In this document: piece by piece, positions 13,532 through 25,114 of the stretch
Numbering within the stretch: position 1 is the stretch's first letter
How the letters are laid out: every line of letters starts with the position of its first letter
DNA from: Eledone cirrhosa
Lineage: Eukaryota
NCBI GenBank assembly: GCA_964016885.1
Contig: CAXHJY010000593.1
Location: 1-64,000 of the forward strand
Length of the DNA: 64,000 nt
Direction of reading: 5' to 3'
Translations under genes and position numbers: made by a program
Notes under the pieces: generated by a model
The model's input: only the letters and a program-made list of their open reading frames with translations
What the model was told of the DNA's origin: nothing
Databases searched by the model: none

Positions 13532-16500
13532 ATCATCATCATCATCATCATCATCATCAACGTTTAACGTCCGTGTTCCACGCTTGCATGGGTTTGGACG
13601 GGGGTAGTCCCACTTGAGGCAAGAGTGATTGTCTTGCTCGCATAGGACTGTCTGGCAGGTTTTCTACAGTTGGATGCCCTTCCTAACACCAACCACATTT
13701 ACAGTGTGGGTCTGGGAGGTTTTTACCGTGTTGCCTACACGGCCACATTACAGCGTGGACTGTGTGTTTTTTTGTCGTGACACCTACACGATCTCATTTG
13801 TTTCGGCCTCGATGGCGCGGCACCAACATAACTTTACATAGAACGGGGTGGTGTGGATCGGGTGGGGGTGGTGGGACGGGGTGTATTTTGTTAGAGATGC
13901 CTACTGGCTGGAGTAGGTTTTACTATATATTTAGGTAAGGCGGGTCTTCTCTGTTACTGAGTACCGCCAAAGGTCTCGGTCCAGTGACATTGTCTTGGAG
14001 AGGTGTAAGTGTGTGATGTCGGAGTTTATCAGCTCGTCCCAGGTTTTTCTAGGTCTGCCTATTCCGTGACTACCGTCTATCTTTATTGCCCTGCACTTTG
14101 TTATACAGCTATCGACTTTCATGCGCATCACGTGTCCATACCAACGTAGCCTTCTCTCGAGTAAACAACATCTGATCCCTCTTATCTCTAATTTATTCCT
14201 TAGTTCGTTTATGCTTTGCCGTTCACGTATATTACTGTTACACATCCAGCGGAGCATGCAAGCTTCGTTCCTCTCTAGTCTGCGTATATCCTCTGCACAC
14301 AATGCCCAGGTCTCACTGCCATGCAGCATTGCTGTTCGTATGCAGGCATCGTACAACCTGCCTTTCATTTTTAGTGAGAACCCTTTAGCAGCTAATAGTG
14401 GTATAAGCTCTCTGAACTTTTTCCAACCAGTTCTGACTCTAGCTACAGTACTTTCAGAGCACCCTCCCCCACTGCTGATTTTATCGCCCAGGTAACGGAA
14501 GCTGTCCACTATTTCTATAGAACCCTCTGCGCAATTGAAAGAGCTAGTAGTTTGTGGGCACTTGCTGCTACTTATTGCACCAGAGCACCGGCCACATGTA
14601 AAATCTATGTTCTTAGTTAGCTTACCTGTGATCCCACTACATCTTTTATGCACCCATACTTTGCATTTAGGACATAAAATGGAGTTTCTACCTACGCCTT
14701 TCCTACACACCGAGCACGACCATTTCCCAGAAGGGACCGCCGCCTTGTTTTCTTTCCTACAAACTAGTACTTTGGTCTTAGCCAGGTTAATTTTAAGTCC
14801 TTTTGACTCTAGGCCGTGCTTCCATGTTTGGAATTTCTTCTCTAGCTCGGCCATTGATTCCGCTATGAGTGTCAGGTCGTCTGCGTATAGGAGTTCCCAT
14901 GGGCAGCCTGTCTTGAACTCCTCTGTTATAGCCTGAAGGGCAATAATAAATAGTAGTGGACTGAGAACAGAGCCCTGATGGACGCCGACTTTTACGCTAA
15001 ACTCTTCACTATATTCGTTGTTAATTCTAACCTTGCTGACTGTTTCTTTATACATGGCTTGTATAGCCCTCACAAGCCATTCGTCAACGCCTAGTTTTCT
15101 AAGAGCCCACCAGATAATGGAGCGGGGGACTCTGTCGAAGGCTTTCTCCAAGTCGACAAAAGCTAAGTAGAGGGGTTTACCTTTAGCTAGGTACTTCTCC
15201 TGTAGTTGTCGTACTATGAAAAGAGCGTCTGTGGTACTTTTGCCTGACACAAACCCGAACTGCATTTCATCTAGGTCAATTCTCTCTCTGATTAGTTGCG
15301 CTATTACTCTTTCCGTGACCTTCATGACCTGGTCGATTAATTTAATGCCTCTATAGTTACTCCTATCTAGGGCGTCTCCTTTACCCTTATAACAGTTAAC
15401 GATGATGCTGCTATGCCAGTCCTTCGGAACAACCCCGTTCTGTACGACTTGGTTAACTATGCGGGTGACCATGGTGTGTCCCACCGTGCCAGATGCCTTC
15501 AGCATCTCAGCAACTATTTCCGAAGGCCCAGCCGCCTTACCAGTCTTCATATCCTTGATTGCCTTACTTATTATACTCCCCTCGACTAACACTGCTGGTC
15601 CCTCTATTGGGTCGATATGGGGGAGACTGCCTTTCTCCCAATTATTCTCCTCATTTAGAAGCCTTTCATAGTGACACTTCCAAGCTACCTTCTTATCAGC
15701 GTCGGTGATGGCAAGTGTGCCATCGTCGTTTAGTACACACTTCTCCCCGACAATATCACGGTTTTCCTTGACGCATTGCCTAGCAATCCTGAACACCTCA
15801 CGTTTTTGGTCATCGCGTTGTAGAACATGCTTGAACTTTCTTTCCTCAGCTTCCCTTCTTGCTAAGTACACTTGTCTCCTAGCTTCCCTCCTGGCCACTT
15901 GATAGTCCTCTCTACTTCCCCCATCCCGCCATACTTTCCAAGCCTGCTTTTTGGCCTTAATTGACCCCTCCACCTTACTGTTCCACCACCATGTTACTCT
16001 CCTCCTGCCTACAGGCCTGCTCCAGCCACAGACCTCGTCTGTCGCCAACAGCAGGTTTGCTTTCAGAAATTCCCACTCTCCCTCTATATTGTCCGACTCT
16101 AAATGTTCTTCCTTACTGTCGAAAGCATCAAGTAATATGCTTTGAAATTTATTCCTGGCTGTGGGGTCCTTTAGCTTCCATATTTTCCTCCTGAGGATAG
16201 TCCTCTTCTGTTGTCGAGTACGTCTCGTCCTGACTATGAGGTCGCTAATTATCAGTCTATGTTGGGAGGTGCATTCTTCATGGGGGAGGGATTTAGTGTT
16301 AACAACAGACACTCTGTCACGTCTTCTGGTAAGGATATAATCTACCTGGCTTGTGTGTTCCCCGGATCTATAGGTGATCAGGTGATTGTCACGTTTTTTG
16401 AAGTTAGTGTTACAGATAGTTAGGTTATTTGCATCACAGAATTCCAGGATTCTGGAGCCTTCCTCATTTCTAGTACCAAACCCATAGCCTCCATGGATTT

Positions 16501-16920
16501 CGTCGTAGCCGTCACAATGTTGTCCAACGTGACCATTTAGGTCGCCTGCGATAATTATATAGTCACTGTCGGATATTTGGGAGGTAGTTAGCATCAGTGT
16601 CTCATAGAATCTGTCTTTTATAGTGCCGGGCAGTCCGGATTGGGGTGCGTACGCAGATATTACTGTCACCGTAGTTCTATTGAGGACAAGTCGTATTTTA
16701 ATTATTCTGTCGTTCACTCTATTTACGTCTATTATCTTATCTGCCCACTTTTCTGCTACCATGATTCCTACTCCACCCAGCCCATCGTCGTTTCCCACCC
16801 AGAAAAGCTTATAACAACGTTTTTTACCCTCAATGAACCTAGCAGACCCACCCCTCCACCTGGTCTCTTGAATACAACAAACATCGACCTCCTTACGTTC
16901 AAGCATTTCTACAACCTCGT

Positions 16921-16921
<1 letters not shown>
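13532..16921 (-). mobile_element. RTE-clade LINE family A, nearly complete, truncated inside the APE N-terminus
   Basis: (TGA)n tail at 13532-13558, ~370-bp 3'UTR, long intact ORF. Confidence 0.95.
13931..16921 (-). CDS. RTE ORF: APE endonuclease, reverse transcriptase and PHD-like C4HC3 finger (no start codon within the element)
   Basis: [73 protein letters not shown]; no stops over ~996 codons. Confidence 0.93.
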
Positions 16922-16984
<63 letters not shown>

Positions 16985-16992
16985 TGTATATG

Positions 16993-17026
<34 letters not shown>

Positions 17027-17034
17027 TGTATATG

Positions 17035-17068
<34 letters not shown>

Positions 17069-17079
17069 TATAGTATATG

Positions 17080-17188
<109 letters not shown>

Positions 17189-17198
17189 GTATATATAT

Positions 17199-17803
17199 GT
17201 CAGGTCACCAGTTGGTGCTACTGGTAACATGTATCCCAGTACAACCTGTCTCATGGTCGGGTCGTTGGCGACTAAACTGGCAACCCCACCAAGGTTTCTT
17301 GGTGAGGAGGGTGACTTTGGACATCCTGCAGGACTAAAAACAAAACCTGTCAAAGGGCAAAGGAGCTCTTAAGAGTCAATGGCCATCCAAAATCACCGGG
17401 AGAGATGACCCCTTAGCCTTTATCAAGGCAGAATTCTAGAAGGAAAACTCTGATATAACACCTGCAACCCTGATGGTATCCAATGATGTTGACTTGTTCT
17501 TCTTTTTGGTAAATATCATCTTGGTTAAGAGAGTGGGACTGGCTTTGTGCAATGCCTTTGCTCACTATAAAAGCTTCACGGCACAGGCATTGCTTTATAT
17601 CTGGAGATCTCTCTGCACTTGTCATCACATGGTACCATGGGCCCAGCACCGTGTGTCAATAATTGTCACAGGTGTAGTGTTTGTACCAGAGTTTTCAAGT
17701 CGCTGGCTGGACTAAAAAGTCACACTCGTTCAGCGCATCGGTAGGGGTTCTCCTACATGGATATAGAGTAGTGGCCGTACTCGAAAACGAGTTGGCAGCC
17801 ACC
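17199..17803 (+). mobile_element. 605-bp non-coding retroposon-like element (full-length copy)
   Basis: Same termini (GTCAGGTCACC...GCAGCCACC) as 34071-34677; TA arrays on both sides; RTE-5'UTR-like motif (TCTAGGAGAAGGAAAACTCTGA in the other two copies, TCTAGAAGGAAAACTCTGA here); 3' stem-loop. Confidence 0.85.
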
Positions 17804-17898
17804 ATATATATATATGTATATATATATATATGTATATATATATATGTATATATATATGTATATATATGTGTATATATATATATATATGTATATATATG

Positions 17899-17929
<31 letters not shown>

Positions 17930-17930
17930 G

Positions 17931-17979
<49 letters not shown>

Positions 17980-18046
17980 GTATATATATGTATATATATA
18001 TATATATGTATATATATATGTATATATATATATGTATATATATATG

Positions 18047-18093
<47 letters not shown>

Positions 18094-18158
18094 GTATATA
18101 TATATATGTATATATATATATATGTATATATATATATGTATATACGTATATATATATG

Positions 18159-18191
<33 letters not shown>

Positions 18192-18250
18192 GTATATATG
18201 TATATATATATGTATATATGTATATATATATGTATATATATATGTATATA

Positions 18251-18408
<158 letters not shown>

Positions 18409-18480
18409 TATCTATATGTATATATGTATATATATGTATATATATATATGTATATGTATATATATGTATATATATATATG

Positions 18481-18517
<37 letters not shown>

Positions 18518-19205
18518 GTATATATATATGTATATATATATATGTATATATATATATGTATATATGTATATGTATATATATGTATATATATATATGTATA
18601 TATATGTATATATATATAATGTATATATATATGTATATATATAGTGTGTATATATATATGTATATATATATATGTGTATATATATATGTATATATATATG
18701 TATATATATATGTGTATATATATATGTATATATATATGTATATATATATATGTATATATATATATGTATATATATATATGTATATATATATATGTATATA
18801 TATATGTATATATATATATGTATATATATATATGTATATATATATATGTATATATATATATGTATATATATATGTATATATATATATGTATATATATATG
18901 TATATATATATATGTATATATATATATGTATATATATATATGTATATATATATGTATATATGTATATATATATATATGTATATATATGTATATATATATA
19001 TATATGTATATATATGTATATATATGTATATATATGTATATATATGTATATATATGTATATATATATATGTATATATATGTATATATATATATGTAATAT
19101 ATATGTATATATATATGTATATATATGTATATGTATATATATGTATATGTATATATATATATATGTTATATGTATATATATGTATATGTATATATATATA
19201 TATGT

Positions 19206-19251
<46 letters not shown>

Positions 19252-19475
19252 GTATATGTAATATATATATATATATATGTATATATATGTATATGTATAT
19301 ATATAATAATATATATATGTATATATATGTATATATATGTATATGTATATATGTATATATATGTATATATATATGTATATATATATGTATATATATGTAT
19401 ATATATATGTATATATATATATGTATATATATGTATATATATGTATAAATATATATATATGTATATATTTATATG

Positions 19476-19508
<33 letters not shown>

Positions 19509-19684
19509 GTATATATATATATAGGTATATATATATATAGTATATATATATATGTATATATATATGTATATATATATGTGTATATATATATGTGTATATG
19601 TATATATATATGTGTATATATATATTGTATATATATATACATTAATATATATTATGTATATATATATATGTGTATATATATATG

Positions 19685-19744
<60 letters not shown>

Positions 19745-19750
19745 TATGTG

Positions 19751-19805
<55 letters not shown>

Positions 19806-19888
19806 GTGTATGTATATATATATATGTGTATATGTATATATATATATGTATATACGTATATATATATGTATATATATATGTATATATG

Positions 19889-19945
<57 letters not shown>

Positions 19946-19946
19946 G

Positions 19947-19982
<36 letters not shown>

Positions 19983-20119
19983 ATATGTATATATATATAT
20001 GTATATATGTATATATATATATATATATGTATATGTATATATGTATATATATATGTATATATGTATATATATATATATGTATATATATATGTATATATGT
20101 ATATATATATGTATATATG

Positions 20120-20170
<51 letters not shown>

Positions 20171-20179
20171 GTATATATG

Positions 20180-20210
<31 letters not shown>

Positions 20211-20219
20211 GTATATATG

Positions 20220-20254
<35 letters not shown>

Positions 20255-20784
20255 GTATATATGTATATATATATATATGTATATATGTATATATATATAT
20301 ATATATATGTGTATATATATGTATATATGTATATATATATGTATATATGTATATATATATATGTATATATGTATATATATATGTATATATATATGTATAT
20401 ATGTATATATATATGTATATATATATGTATATATGTATATATATATGTATATATGTATATATATATGTATATATATGTATATATATGTATATATATGTAT
20501 ATATGTATATATATATGTATATATATGTATATATGTATATATATATGTATATATATCTATATATGTATATATATGTATATATATGTATATATGTATATAT
20601 ATATGTATATATATGTATATATGTATATATATATGTATATATATCTATATATGTATACATATGTATATATATATGTATATATATGTATATATATATATGT
20701 ATATATATATATGTATATATATGTATATATGTATATATATATGTATATATATGTATATATATGTATATATAATATATATGTATA

Positions 20785-20850
<66 letters not shown>

Positions 20851-20853
<3 letters not shown>

Positions 20854-21721
20854 GGTGCAGACGATATTTGTTCGCAATTTTCAACTGCTAATGTTATATC
20901 AAATTATTTTTACTTCCGTTGTCACTCTTGTCTTCATAAAAACAGTGACTATATTTCCATTATTTATTTTCAGAATAATTGATTATGAATAATTTTGAAC
21001 CTCCAAATTTGTGGAAGAGACACAGAGTTCTTTTTGGAATCTGCGCCGGGATGACAAATAAGGCCAGAAGATCAACTCCCAGAACAACAGGTGGCTCGCT
21101 GTCTCATCCAAAGACGTGCCCAGAGTCATGCAGACAAAGTTTCCAGCGACAACGTTGGTCTTAGCAGTCAAGGTGATGTCATGCCACCTCAGTTCTTCCC
21201 TGAGGGCCTCAAGCTGAACACAGATAGCTACATCTGCGTTCTGAGCGAAGTAGTAAAGCCCTGGATCGACCAGGTAGCTGCAGGTAGGCCGTACGTGTGG
21301 CAGCAAGACTCAGCGCCCTGCCATACCAGCCGAAAGACCCAAGCCTGGCTGTCAGAGAACTTCGTCGACCACACTTCACCTGAAATCTGGCCTCCCAGCT
21401 CGCCTGACTGCAACCCCCTCAACTTCTCTGTGTGGGGCGCAGTGGAACGAGACACCAACAGATCTAGCTGCAATACGAAAGACGATCTGAAGGCCAGGAT
21501 CACAAGTGCTTTAGGGGCCTAAGTTGGGAGACAGTGATGAAGGCGTGTAGCCGGTTCCGAGGCCGTCATCAAAGCCAATGGCGGGTTTATCGAGTGAGAT
21601 CGAAAGAACAAGTCATGAAGCCAAACTGACCCAAGTTTCATAAATAAATCATAAAGAATAAAACTAGTGTGTTATTTTTTCCTAGACAGTAATCTTGCAA
21701 ACAAATATCGTCCGCACCCTG
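20851..21721 (+). mobile_element. Internally deleted Tc1/mariner DD37D (maT-type) DNA transposon
   Basis: 27-bp TIRs CAGGGTGCRGACGATATTTGTTYGCAA (2 mismatches), TA on both sides; transposase WQQDSAPCH...WPPSSPDCNPLN with 37 aa between the second D and the third catalytic site (N here); N-terminus from 20984 fused to the catalytic region. Confidence 0.92.
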
Positions 21722-21723
21722 TA

Positions 21724-21817
<94 letters not shown>

Positions 21818-21820
<3 letters not shown>

Positions 21821-22477
21821 TAATATACGTGAACGGCAAAGCATAAACGAACTAAGGAAAAAATTAGAAATAAGAGGGATCAGATGTTGTTTACTCGAGA
21901 GAAGGCTACGTTGGTATGGACACGTGATGCGCATGAAAGTCGATAGCTGTATAACAAAGTGCAGGGCAATAAAGATAGACGGTAGCCACGGAATAGGCAA
22001 ACCTAGAAAAACCTGGGACGAGCTGATAAACTCCGACCTCACACACTTACACCTCTCCAAGACAATGTCACTGGACCGAGACCTTTGGCGGTACTCAGTA
22101 ACAGAGAAGACCCGCCTTGCCAGTAGGCATCTCTAATAAAATACACCCCGTGCCACCACCACCACCACCCCCACCCCATCCACACCACCCCGTTCTATGT
22201 AAAGTTATGTTGGTGCCGCGCCATCCAGGCCGAAACAAATGAGATCGTGTAGGTGTCACGACAAAAAAACACACAGTCCACGCTGTAATGTGGCCGTGTA
22301 GGCAACACGGTAAAAACCTCCCAGCCCCACACTGGTGTTAGGAAGGGCATCCAACTGTAGAAAACCTGCCAGACAGTCCTATGCGAGCAAGACAATCACT
22401 CTTGCCTCAAGTGGGACTACCCCCGTCCAAACCCATGCAAGCGTGGAACACGGACGTTAAACGTTGATGATGATGAT
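21818..22477 (+). mobile_element. RTE family A 3' fragment
   Basis: [13 protein letters not shown]...RLRWYGHV...TEKTRL nearly identical to the 13931 ORF end; (TGA)n tail. Confidence 0.92.
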
Positions 22478-22480
22478 ATG

Positions 22481-22725
22481 TATAAAGTAATTCCGTCGGA
22501 AAGGTACAGGAAAAAAGATTGCTCTATGTAGGTTACAGAGCTTGTTAGTTACGTAATAAACAACATAAGATAATTATTTCATTTACCAGTGGTTTCTTGA
22601 AAGTAAATAAATTTGCTTTCAGTCGTCAGAATGAAAAAAACATGGTGTTTTTATTAAATGTGGATTTGAAAACAAAAATATAAGAAATATGAAAGAGAGG
22701 CTGAGGAAACAGGAAAAAAAGAATT
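22481..22725 (-). mobile_element. Solitary PLE pseudo-LTR remnant carrying a hammerhead
   Basis: Non-coding island containing the 22577-22636 hammerhead; PLE origin inferred. Confidence 0.5.
22577..22636 (-). ncRNA. Type-I hammerhead ribozyme (canonical core CUGACGA)
   Basis: UUUCAUU-CUGACGA-c.UGAAAGcAAAU(UU)AUUUaCUUUCA.a-GAAA-CCACUGG-UA/AAUGAAA: stem I 7 of 7 bp, long stem II with a C.A first pair, near-palindromic stem III. Confidence 0.8.
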
Positions 22726-22744
22726 ATATATATATAAACACACT

Positions 22745-22780
<36 letters not shown>

Positions 22781-22919
22781 CATATATTCATATATATATA
22801 TATATTGTTATACTTAAAAAATAATATTTTTTAAGTATATGCACGCGTATATGTTTGTTTATTTATTTTTATATATATATATATGTGTGTGTGTGTGTAT
22901 ATATATATGTATATATATG

Positions 22920-22958
<39 letters not shown>

Positions 22959-22976
22959 ATATGTATATATATATAT

Positions 22977-24330
22977 ATCATCATCATCATCATTTTACGT
23001 CCGCTCTTCCCTGCTTGCAAGGGTGGGACGGGTCTTATTCAGCACAGCATCTCTCCACTTGTCACGGTCCTTCGTCATCTCCACCGTGAGCTTCAGCGAT
23101 CTGAGGTCTGTTCTCACCACCTCCGCCCATGTTTTTCGTGGTCTACCTCTACCACGTCTTCCTTCAACTGGCATTTCCTCGCACTTCTTCACCCATCGGT
23201 CATCCTCCATGCACATCACATGTCCATACCACACCACCTCAGTCTCCTCTCTCGCACACTACATTCTATCCCTCTCAGAAACCCTTCTTCGTCAGCAGAG
23301 GAAGCAGCTTCCTAAACTTCTTCCAACCCGTCCTTATTCTAGATACTATGGCCTCGGAACACCCTCCTCCCATGCTAATCTGATCTCCTAGGTACCGGAA
23401 GCTATCCACCACTTCTATAGCGCCCTCTCACACTCAATCCTCTTGCTTCCAACTGCTGTTTCCATAGCCAGAATTTATTCTCTAGCTCCCCTACTGATTC
23501 TGCTATAAGAACCAGATCGTCAGCATAGAGAAGTTCCCATGGACAGCCAGTCTTAAACTCCTCTGTTATGGCTTGGAGGACTATAATGAACAAGAGCGGG
23601 CTGAGGACCAAACCTTGATGTACTCCTACTTGTATCTGGAATTCTTCACTAAACTCCATTCCTACCCTAACTTTACTGACAGTACCTCTGTACAAAGTTT
23701 GCACTGTCCTTACAAGCCATTCCTCAACACCCAGCTTCCTTAGGGACCACCAGATGACAGATCGGGGTACCCTATCAAAGGCCTTCTCTAGGTCAACAAA
23801 GGCTAAGTATAGTGGCTTATTTTTCTCTAAGAACATCTCTTGTAATTGTCTCACCAAGAAGAGGGCATCTGTTGTACTTTTCCCAGGCACAAAACCAAAC
23901 TGCATCTCATCTAGTTTGACCCTTTCTCTAATGAGTTGTGCTAATATCCTTTCTGCCACTTTCATAACCTGATCCATCAGTTTTATACCCCTATAATTGC
24001 TCCTCTCCAGAACATCCCCTTTACCTTTGTATAGCAATTTATGAGAATACTGCTGCACCAGTCTTTGGGTATGACACCACCATATATAGCCTGATTAATG
24101 ATGCGTGCAACCAGTTTAGTGCCTACGTTCCCTGATGCCTTCAGCATCTCAGCAACTATCCCCGATGGTCCAGCAGCCTTACCATTTTTCATTTCCTTAA
24201 TCGCCTCTTGGACCCTATATTCATCAATCTCAATAGCTGGTCCCTCTGTCGGATCTACTGAGGGTAATTTCTCCCATTCGTTCTCCACATTCATCAGTCT
24301 CTCATAATGACATTTCCAGGCCTCCTTTTT
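22977..24330 (-). mobile_element. RTE family B, decayed (frameshifts, internal deletions); ORF ends directly at the (TGA)n tail
   Basis: RT motifs in 23402-24058; C-terminus ...[13 protein letters not shown] immediately followed by AATGATGAT. Confidence 0.88.
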
Positions 24331-24379
24331 TTTTGTATATATGTATATATTTTGTTTATATGTATATATATATATATGT

Positions 24380-24911
24380 GTATATATATTGTTATACTTT
24401 GGGAGGGTCATGTTGCCAATAAGAAACATACGCACCAGTTGCTTTCACTCCAATTTATTATAAATTTAAAAAAAAAAATTTTTTTTATAAATTTCCGGTT
24501 GGTTGTTTGTTTCCACAACCGGACGGTTGTTTATATATTGTCAAAGTTCTTTCGTCACACATTCTGTGACCTCTTCAGTGACTGGGGATTCTTTTCTTTG
24601 TTTTGTGCCTCTCCTTTGTTCTGTCCTACGCCATCTTGTTTCTGCTTGTGTTGTGTGCTTAGTTTGCGCATGTGTTACATCCGGGTGTCTGTGTGAGTTT
24701 TTATTTGTTTATTTATTTGTTTATTTACATGTTGGTTGTTTGTTCTATGTGTGTGTGTTTTCATTTTGTCCTTAATTGTAAGTTGTGATGTTGCTATTCC
24801 GTTCATGTTTTCTATTTAATTTGGTTGGTGTTCATTTATGTTTATTGCCTCTGTGATTTGTCTAAACATTGCATCTTTTCTGTGTGTAGAATTTGTGTAG
24901 ATTTTATTTTA
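24380..24911 (-). mobile_element. PLE-like 3' region/pseudo-LTR (CA-rich on the minus strand) with a hammerhead
   Basis: Ends ...CATGACCCTCCCAAAGTATAACAA then TA; the same terminus recurs at 27866-27891 and, diverged, at ~58030-58058. Confidence 0.55.
24540..24582 (-). ncRNA. Minimal type-I hammerhead ribozyme (core CUGAAGA)
   Basis: GUCA-CUGAAGA-g-GUCACA(GAAUG)UGUGAC-GAAA-GAAC-UU/UGAC: stem I 4 bp, stem II 6 bp with one extra G, 2-bp stem III. Confidence 0.72.
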
Positions 24912-25066
24912 ATGGGCGGAGGTGGTGAGAACAGACCTCAGATCGTTGAAGCTCATGGTGGAGATGACAAAGGACCGTGATGAGTGGAGAGATGCTGTGC
25001 TGAATACGACCAGTCCAACTCTTGCGAGCAGGGAAGAGCGGACGTAAAATTATGATGATGATGATA
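24912..25066 (+). mobile_element. RTE family B 3' fragment
   Basis: Matches the reverse complement of ~22980-23130; (TGA)n tail. Confidence 0.88.
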
Positions 25067-25114
25067 CATACATATATATGTATATGTATATATATGTATG
25101 TATATATCATTTGC

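Noticed and set aside
17199-17285. HDV-like ribozyme at the 5' end of the 605-bp element (CCAGT/ACTGG P2, GG, TCG/CGA P4, CTAA)
   Set aside because: I could not build convincing P1 and P3 helices by eye; it needs an RNArobo or covariance-model search on the consensus.
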